Origin: Eledone cirrhosa
Taxonomy: Eukaryota
DNA: 64,000 nt
Assembly: GCA_964016885.1 (NCBI GenBank)
Contig: OZ024742.1
Coordinates: 183,024,001-183,088,000, forward strand
Reading direction: 5' to 3'
Notes under the pieces: generated by a model
Databases searched by the model: none
What the model was told of the DNA's origin: nothing
The model's input: only the letters and a program-made list of their open reading frames with translations
Shown here: positions 54,428-64,000 of the stretch, in pieces
Layout: every line of letters starts with the position of its first letter
How positions within the stretch are numbered: the first letter of the stretch is position 1
Position numbers and translations under genes: made by a program

Positions 54428-54571
54428 ATATATATATATATATTTATATATTTATACAGTGAGAGAGAAGTAACGAGAAAGAAACTGAGGGAGGACACAT
54501 ACAAATTAAATACACATATACAAATATACGCAAACACACGTATATACGCATCCATATAAATACGTATATAC

Positions 54572-54622
<51 letters not shown>

Positions 54623-54887
54623 TTATAAGATAAAGATGCTCACTGGCCTAAGCTTAAGCGTTGGGCATATTTTCCTTAAGTATGGAGTACTAAGTTGGAT
54701 GATATTCTTACTTGTCTTAATTACGAACATCTTATATTTGTATGTATATGTATGTATGTTTATGAGTGTATGTATGGATGGATGGATGCATGTATGTATG
54801 TATGGATGCATGCATGCATGCATATATCTATGCATGTATGCATATATGTATGCATGTATGTATGTTTAGTGTATATCTATGAGTGTG

Positions 54888-54921
<34 letters not shown>

Positions 54922-55181
54922 GATGTTTTGTATATGTCGTTAAAGTACTTGAATAGAAAAAATAGTGAGGTCGATGTGATCAGCTAAAAAAGGAGGTGCT
55001 CCAGCATGTGCATAGTCAATTATTGGAAGAAATAAATGTCTGCGTGTGTGTATTCATATTCACATATACATAAATGCATACACACAAGTATGTATGCGTG
55101 TACACCCATGAAAAGGTTAGCCGAATACCGCTTGGCGTCACGGTCGTGACTTTACCTTCCTCTCTGTCTCAGTATATATAA

Positions 55182-55243
<62 letters not shown>

Positions 55244-55547
55244 TTAATAATAAATTTGAAGACTAAAATACAAAGAGGGCTCGATAAGGATAAATATATA
55301 TCAAATATATAAGAACCGTAAAGCAAATATTTATTAAAATAACAGATTAAAGTTTAAGCAAAGAATCGCTGCTTTCACCCTTAACGGGATCTTCTGAAAC
55401 TAAAAAAATCAATCTGTGAACGCAGAAGTAAATATTTCGAAAAACGTTGCAACCGGAGGAAGACAGGAAGACGATACTTTGGTTCGTGGAAACGTTCCCT
55501 GGCAAAGAACGGGAAAAAAACGAAAAAAACGTCATTATTTGGAGCGG

Positions 55548-56054
55548 TGAAGTCCGGTCCAGGATGTTGAGATCAGAGATGATTTTAAACCCACCATCGC
55601 TGATGTCATTAATGACGCTCCGATTAGTTTTACGGTAATCCTTAATTACACCATTATGTAGCAGTTGATGGTAAGTACTGCACTCCATTTGATATAGATT
55701 GCCAGTTTTGTCGGAGTGGGCGTGCACGGCATTAGAATCCTTAATAGAACGAATTCTATTCTTCCGGTCCTGCTGGAAGGAATTGCTCCTATTCCAAAAT
55801 TTGATACTCCGTATGAGTTCCAAGACATCATTTTCGAAGGGTAGCAATGCTGCGTTACTCGGAGAGTTATTGTAGGTTTTAAACCCAAATTTATCCTGTT
55901 TGTTGTCCGCTTTTCCCTGATTATCGAAATAAAAGGCACGCCAACGCAACCTTTTAATGAACGCGTCTGTTTTCTGTATCAGGAGTTTTAGGTATGTTTT
56001 CCTCCTTTGTGCGGGTATGTTCTTTGTAGAAATATTCAGATGTTGTTTCTGCAT
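55548..56054 (-). pseudogene. PLE ORF N-terminal region
   Basis: STKNIP..FIKRLRWRAFYF..FGFKT..DKTGNLY; truncated by a pLTR copy. Confidence 0.75.
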
Positions 56055-56749
56055 GATGAATATAAGTCAATAGAGTGCTCAGCCGAGGGAGCCAAATAGT
56101 AATAATAATAAATTTGAAGACTAAAATACAAAGAGCGCTCGATGAGGATAAATATATATCAAATATATAAGAACCGTAGAGCAAATATTTATTAAAATAA
56201 CAGATTAAAGTTTAAGCAAAGAATCGCTGCTTTCACCCTTAACGGGATCTTCCGAAACTAAAAAAACTCAATCTGTGAACGCAGAAGTAAATATTTCGAA
56301 AGACGTTGCAACCGGGGGAAGACAGGAAGATGATACTTTGGTTCGTGGAAACGTTCCCTGGCAAAGAACGGAAAAAACGAAGATAATACATCATTATTTG
56401 GAGCGTGAAAACAATTACACGCAAAGGCAAAACCACATTTATGGTATAAATGAAGTCGTAGACTAATATTCTATTAGGTGGTTTGTGGAGACGTTCTCTG
56501 GTAATGAAAGGAAAAAACGAAGATAATACGTCATTATGTGGAGCGAGAAGAACAATTACACGCAAAGACAAAACCACGTTTATAGTATAACTGAAGTCGT
56601 AGAATAAAATTCTATTTGGGAAACCGAATGATTCTCGGCTTCAGAGTTAAGAATAATGTAAATAAATTACAGAGGTAATTGAAATCAATAAAAATTAAAT
56701 ATATACATGCACGCATCCATATACGCACATACACACGCATACGCAAAAA

Positions 56750-57600
56750 CACCTGCCATGGGTAAGGATTTCGAAGTTGATGTCATCCTCAATGCCCGTA
56801 AGTCGGTGATTAATTTAGACGACTCTATTTGGATTAAAAAATATAATAGTATCCCATTCGACGTGAGTATGGGCGCCAGTGATTCTGCGGAGGTTACTGA
56901 TCTTATCGGCCTTTTCCTTCTTTTCTCTATCAAGGAGGAATTCCCCAACGTGGGCGGTGGTTTGTACCGTGATGACGGTCTTTTGACCATGACAAAGTGC
57001 GGCCCACGTGCTTGCGACAGGTTCAGAAAAGAACTCACAGCCTTCTTTAAAGACTTCAACCTCTCCATACAGGTTGAGGCCAATCTCTCGGTCGTTAATT
57101 ACCTCGACGTTAGCCTCAATTTGCGAATGGCTTGCACTACCCGTATAGAAAGCCGAATGATACGCTTAATTACATAAGTAAGCATTCTAACCATCCTGCC
57201 AGCATAACCAAGAACCTGGTAAGAAACGTTTCTTTGAGGCTTTCCCGTCTCCCTACAAACGAGTATATTTTCACCGACCATTCCACATATTACAATGAAG
57301 CTCTTGCTCGGAGTGGATTTGTCGATAAGGTAGCGTATACAGAGTATGAGAATAGACCTAGGAAAATAGATCCCGACACATTATATGGTATAACCCACCA
57401 TATAATATGGAGGTGGCCACACCATTAGCTAAGATCTTTCTCACCCTTATTATGAAGCATTTCCCCCAACACATAAATATAGTAAAATCTTTAATAGAAA
57501 TACCATTAAAATTTCTTACTCTACGACTCCTAACCTTGCACATAACATCACAGCTTCAAATTTAGCTAAATTACCTAGCCGTAAGAACACGCGCAACCCT
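56750..57600 (+). pseudogene. PLE RT core and thumb, frameshifted
   Basis: FDVSMGASDSAEV..GLYRDDGL..VNYLDVSLNL..PYRKPN..SNHP. Confidence 0.88.
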
Positions 57601-59105
57601 GTAGCTAAAAGACAACTACACCCAATATAAATTACACTGGGAGATCCTAGCTGAGGCTAGATCGTATAGCGGAAATAAAAGACCATGTAACTTCTGAGCC
57701 GCTGAAGCCCTGGAAATACTCTACGCCAAAGACCAGATCTTAAACAAAAAATCTGAGGCAATTTCGGCTTGTAAACATAAATTGCACAAAACTTTCCTGT
57801 ATTGCAGCCCCACATTATACCCTAACGGATAGTACGAACTATACACGGATATTTTACGTCTTGATGTGGTAGCTAAGTATATGTTATCTTTATACCATTA
57901 CTTATTTGTATAGGTATATATTATCTGTATGTTTTGTGAAGGTACGTATACTTTCTCGTACGTATATTTGCTTGTATATGTTATAGGCGTATATATTATA
58001 TTATATATACCAGTACATGTGCATACGGTCATGTGTATATGTGAGTTTTGCGTCTGTGTGAGTATGCGGGTTCGTACGTATGTAGGGTGTGTGTATATGT
58101 GTACTTTGTCTTTTGGTTGACGTACGTTTAGCGAACATATGTGTATTTACATGTAGGTATGTGTGTGCGCGCGTTATATACGTATGTATATGTGTATATT
58201 TATATACGTTTATATAATTATATGTATACACGCACACACAGACACACATATATATATTTTTTTTAATATATATTTTTATGTGTATTTGGTGTATACGATC
58301 GTATGTGTGCGAGTATTGGCGTTGCGTGGGTTCTGTATGTGCGTGTGTGTTTTTTTGTGTACGTGATTGTATTTGCATACCAATGGCGGGTGTTTTCGCG
58401 TATGCGTGTGTATGTACCTATATGGATTTGTGCATGTATATATTTAATTTTTGTTGATTTCAATTACCTCTGTAATTTATTTACATTATTCTTAACTCTG
58501 AAGCCGAGAATCATTCAGTTTCTCAAATAGAATGTTAGTCTACGACTTCAGTTATACCATAAGCGTGGTTTTGTCTTTGCGTGTAATTGTTCTCTTCGCT
58601 CCACATAATGACGTATATTATCTTCGTTTTTTTCGTTCATTGCCAGAGAACGTCCCCACGAACAAACCTACTAGAATATTACTCTACGACTTCATTTATA
58701 CCATAAACGTGGTTTTGTCTTTGCGTGTAATTGTTTTCAACGCTCCAAATAATGATGTATTATCTTCGTTGTTTTCCGTTCTTTGTCAAGGAACGTTTCC
58801 ACGAACCAATGTATCGTCTTCCTGTCTCCTTTAGGTTGCAACGTTTTTCGAAATATTTACTTCTGCGTTCACAGATTGATTTTTTTAGTTTCAGAAGATC
58901 CCGTTAAGGGTGAAAGCAGCGATTTTTGCTTAACTTTAATCTGTTATTTTAATAAATAAATATATATATATATACATACCTACACACAGAAAGATATATA
59001 TGCATACACACGTATACACACATAACTATATATTCGATACATGGTAAGATGTGGAATGAGTATATTTGTGAAAGTAATTCCATTATATATCTATATATCT
59101 ATATA

Positions 59106-59149
<44 letters not shown>

Positions 59150-59155
<6 letters not shown>

Positions 59156-59510
59156 TATGTATACGTACATACATATATGTATACAGACGTACAGTAGTAT
59201 GTATATACATACACACATGCACACATATATTTGTACGTATGGGTTTACGAACATCTTTTATAATGCTCGGTTTGTTTGTAAAGAAACAGCCCGAATTATT
59301 AGCCGTACAGTGTTCGGCATCCATCGTTGCCATTTTGTTCAACACTGAAAAAGGAACGATGAACTAGTTTCTAGCTTATTAGCTGTCATCAAACAAACCG
59401 AACATTATAATAGATGTTCGGTAAACCCATACGTACATATATATATGTGTGCATGTATGTATGTATATACATACTACTGTACGTCTGTATACACATATGT
59501 ATGTACGTAT
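59150..59510 (-). mobile_element. Family-5 fold-back element; HHR truncated at the inversion junction (59356-59392)
   Basis: Reverse complement of 20088-20330 with a re-inverted tail. Confidence 0.8.
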
Positions 59511-59670
59511 ATGTGCTGATTCATTCGTCATCGTTCTTGTCAACGCTCCGTTTAGTTGGTATTTGTTGGTCTACAGTTAGATGAATGGTGCACAAAGGGT
59601 TAATGTTTATTGGCAAGAAGATTTTTGAATAATAAAAGACGGGTTAAAGCGACCTACAATATATATATAT

Positions 59671-59773
<103 letters not shown>

Positions 59774-59847
59774 AATACATATATATATATATACATATAT
59801 GTGTGTGTATGTATGCATATATATATGTGTGTGTGTTTGTATGTATT

Positions 59848-59878
<31 letters not shown>

Positions 59879-60376
59879 ATATACATATATTTTTATGTGT
59901 ATATTTATATATATGTATATGTGTATATATATGTATATGTGTTTGTATATGTATATATATATATATATATATGTGTATATATGTGTATGTATATGTATAT
60001 ATATATATATATAAGTATATATGTATGTGTGTGTGTGTGTGAATGTAGCGAAGATATATTTATATATATACACACATACACACGCACACACACACACACA
60101 CACACAGACAACAACAGTTTTATATATAGATATATATATATGTGTGTGTGTATATGTGTGTGTGTGTATTTATAAAAAACATATATTTATATTTACGTAT
60201 ATATAAATATATGGATATATGAATTATATATACGTAAATATATATATGTTTATTTAAATTCATACACAAACACACATGCATATATATAAATATATCATAT
60301 ATGAATTATATATATGCATACTATATAAAATAAAATATATAAATATAATATACAAAAAATGCATATATACTATATA

Positions 60377-60480
60377 TAATTGTTTCTACTTTTGGCACAA
60401 GGCCAGCAATTATTCCAGTGCATCACTGGTACTTTATTTATCGACCCCGAAAGGATGAAAGGCAACGTTAACCTCGGCGA
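60377..60480 (-). mobile_element. SINE type A, 3' part
   Basis: Core reverse complement. Confidence 0.8.
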
Positions 60481-60833
60481 AATAATTATACATTTGCATA
60501 TATATATATATATATATATACACAAGTGTGTGTGCAAATGCTAAACGGGAAAATTCATCAGCTATATATATATATAGATATATATATATATGCGCGCATA
60601 CAGACAAAGATTGTTAATTATATATATGAAACACATGCAATATATATTAAATATATATTATATATATGTGTGCGTGATTATGTGTTTAAATAATATAGAT
60701 ATGGATTATAAATTAATATATTACATAGATATATATATACATATGTAGAAGTTCTATTTAAATTGTTGGGATACAAGCAAATACTTATATATATACATAT
60801 ATATTTAATAAACGGAAACTATGGAAGCCCGTC

Positions 60834-60901
<68 letters not shown>

Positions 60902-61156
60902 GTTTAAATTTGGTGGTTTACCACTGGGTAGCATTGGTCATTCTGCAATGTTAATCATGTCGTAATGTAAAAAAGGCACCCGACGTTATGCAACTCATCC
61001 ATCTTTGATGTTGAATCATGCTGGTGTTGAGGGAATGGAGTAAATGTATTATTAAATGAAATGACAGGAGGTCAAGTATGTTGAATTTCCTTAATTATTT
61101 ATTTCATTATAATATATATATGTGTGTGTATATATGTAAGTATGTATGATAGTCTC

Positions 61157-61330
61157 ATGGTCGGGTCGTTGGCGACTAAACTGGCAACCCCACCAAGGTT
61201 TCTTGGTGAGGAGGGTGACTTTGGACATCCTGCAGGACTAAAAACAAAACCTGTCAAAGGGCAAAGGAGCTCTTAAGAGTCAATGGCGATCCAAAATCAC
61301 CGGGAGAGATGACTCCTTAGCCTTTGTCAA
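61157..61330 (+). mobile_element. RTE 5'-UTR-like repeat fragment
   Basis: High identity with 42637-42778. Confidence 0.55.
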
Positions 61331-61759
61331 GGCAGAATTGTAGGAGAAGGAAAACTCTGATATAACACCTGCAACCCTGATGGTATCCAATGATGTTGAC
61401 TTGTTCTTCCTTTTGGTAAATATCATTTTGGTTAAGAGAGTGGGACTGGCTTTGTGCAGTGCCTTTGCTCACTATAAAAGCTTCACGGCACAGGTATTGC
61501 TTTATTTCTGGAGATCTCTCTGCACTTGTCGTCACATGGTACCATGGGCCCAGCACTATGTGTCAATCATTGTCACAGGTGTAGTGTTTGTACCAGAGTT
61601 TTCAAGTCGCTGGCTGGACTAAAAAGTCACACTTGTTCAGCGCATCGGTAGGGGTTCTCCTACATCGAGTAGTGGCCGTACTCGAAAACGAGTTGGCAGC
61701 CACCATGTATATGTATATATAACCATATATGTATTATACATACATATATATACATATAT

Positions 61760-61887
61760 AACAAAGATACCAGGTGGACCATAACGCACCAGAGTCCTCA
61801 ATATAGGGTAGTAGAGTCGGGACCCCCCGACAGCTGAGCTCCGGCCGTTTCGACAGCTAGATGCAAACGGCGTCTCGACTCTTTTCA
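61760..61887 (-). mobile_element. Family-1 variant
   Basis: CCAGGTGGACCATAACGCACC..CTGAGCTCCGGCCGTTTCGACAGC. Confidence 0.75.
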
Positions 61888-62049
61888 TATATATATATAT
61901 ATACATACAGAGAGAGAAAGAGAGAGAGAGATAACAAGATATATATGTACTATATATTCATAAAATTCATATTCTCAATCTTTTACTCGTTTTAATCAAG
62001 GGGTTTAATCAATCACATTTACGTAATTATTTTATTTTATGTATATAAA

Positions 62050-62270
62050 GAATCGATCGACTTTCGTCAAATCGGACCGAGGAAACAACGTTTCCGTTGG
62101 TCTTTCCAGTTGCTAGTACTATCTATCGGTCGCTACTCCAGGTAGAAGGAGCAACGTGAAATAAAGTGTCTTGCTCAAGGACATAACGCATCGCCCGGTC
62201 CAGGAATCGAACTCACAACCTCAGGATTGTGAATCCAATGTTCTAACCACTCAGCCACACGCCCTCACTA
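62050..62270 (-). mobile_element. SINE type B
   Basis: Near-identical to 43030-43250. Confidence 0.85.
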
Positions 62271-62439
62271 TTTTATGTATATATATGTGGATATATATAC
62301 ATATATCCACATATATATACATATATCCACACATATATACATATATATATATATGCCTTATATATATATATATATGTGTGGATATATATACATATATCCA
62401 CACATATATACATATATCCACACATATATACCTTATATG

Positions 62440-63650
62440 CGACCACGGAAATGAAGCATGTTACTCTGTTGAAATACAAACACCAACCTACCCGGGTAAC
62501 ACTGCGGGCATTGAGGGTAGCAAAAAACGACACACAGAATACAGCGAGACGCGGTGCAAATGACTTATGGCTATAACTATGCGAAGGCATCCAGTTGTCA
62601 GTTGACAGAGGAAACAATCGCGAAATATATGAGGACATCAGGAAAGCCATCAGTACAACCGATAGCAAGATAGCTCCACTCAAATCCAGGACAGGCCATC
62701 AAAGGCAAAAGAGAGCAGAGGGAGAGATGAGTCGAGCATTATTCTGAATTCTATGCATCATTGTTGGAGCGGAAGCATTGTTAGTGTAAATGTTCTAGGT
62801 GCTGGATGTTCCCACAGTATGTTGTCCATGTTTCACATCCATACAGCTAAGCTGTACGCACACGTGCTTGATACACTTCAACTTTCTTGCGCACATTCGT
62901 ATCTGACTGTGACCACAGGCGGGTCGACAGCTTACCAAAAGCATCGGAAGCCTTAGACAAACAGTAATTTGCCTCCTCATCAAGTGTTTTGGTTCTGGAG
63001 AGAGTACTAGCGAAGTCGATGAACTTATCTACAACCTTCAATATTTTGGCCGATATGAATGGTACAATATATAGTTTTCAGTGTTCATGTTGGTACATCA
63101 CCAGTGTCCTTTTCAGGCTGATTGTGAGCCCATACTCATTATATGCTGCCGAGAAGCAGTCCATCGGAAGATGAAAGACTTCTTCTGTGTGGCTAACAAG
63201 ATCACACGCGTCTACATAAAGAAGATAACGTATCAGTGATGCTGCAAGAAATCGACGAATGTTACAGAGCCTTCCTGTTGTTCGATAACATATATATATA
63301 TATATACGCCAACATTGGCGTTGATGAACGCTTTTAACCATATGTCTACAAAGAAGATGGCAAACAATGTGTGAGTGAACAGACCACTCTGTTTCACGCT
63401 TGTCTCAACTGAGAAAGGTTCTCCGCGCTCACCACTGACGTAAACCTCATGTCATCATGCAAGGAACGTATAAGCCCGCTAAGCATCTCAAAGTATCTCG
63501 GTTTCAAAAGTATACTCCAAAAGGCTTCCTTATTGACGGTGTCAAAAGTCTTAATGAGGTCAATAAGCAATTCTACAGATCAAGCTGTTGCTCCTTGCAC
63601 TTCTGCTGTATCTGTCACAGAGTGGAGATCGTATCTGAAGTGCCTTGGTA
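62440..63650 (-). mobile_element. Decayed RTE/BovB-like LINE with inversion (62440-62760 plus, 62780-63650 minus)
   Basis: LLYVDAC, YGLTISLKRT, SKASDAFGKL, DLIKTFDTV on minus; [10 protein letters not shown] on plus. Confidence 0.8.
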
Positions 63651-63817
63651 TAGATAGACATACATACATACATACATACATACATACATACATACATACA
63701 TACATACAAATAGATATCATGGTGCTGTGGCGTTGGTGTAAGTTGGATATGCTGAATGTGTAAAGAATAGTTGCATAGCAGTGTAGAGGAGAAGCGAGAA
63801 AGGGTAGAAAAGACATT

Positions 63818-63872
<55 letters not shown>

Positions 63873-64000
63873 TCTCTCTCTCTCTCCCTCTCCCTCTCTC
63901 TCTCTTTCTCTCTCTCTGATGGACAACGGGAGGAATGACAGTTAAGGTATATAGTGAGAAACAAATAAAGAGATAAATATAGCGAAGACAAAGAAGAAGA

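Larger units (their letters stand above)
55241..58960. mobile_element. Rearranged Penelope-like element: minus-strand pLTR/ORF start, plus-strand RT core and pLTR
   Basis: 56230-56745 is the reverse complement of 58400-58915; 55241-55545 repeats 56099-56405; ORF pieces below. Confidence 0.88.

Overview
AT-rich eukaryotic, repeat-dominated DNA with (TA)n/(CA)n/(GA)n/(GATA)n tracts; the repeat repertoire suggests a cephalopod such as Octopus (inference). No intact host gene could be supported, and nearly all ORF-track entries are microsatellite translations. Recognisable elements are decayed retrotransposons: two RTE/RTE-X-like, two RTE/BovB-like, two CR1/L2-like, one L1/Tx1, three Penelope-like (PLE) elements or fragments, many tRNA-derived SINEs and a Tc1/mariner MITE. 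The main signal is about 28 intact, degenerate or truncated hammerhead ribozyme (HHR) motifs, found by eye, mostly in short fold-back elements inserted into (TA)n tracts. Four unrelated families use a U3-A8 core pair instead of C3-G8. One family (16761, 17338, 23677) appears to carry a non-circularly permuted, pseudoknotted hammerhead with a kink-turn. All folds were assigned manually and are untested; element boundaries are approximate.
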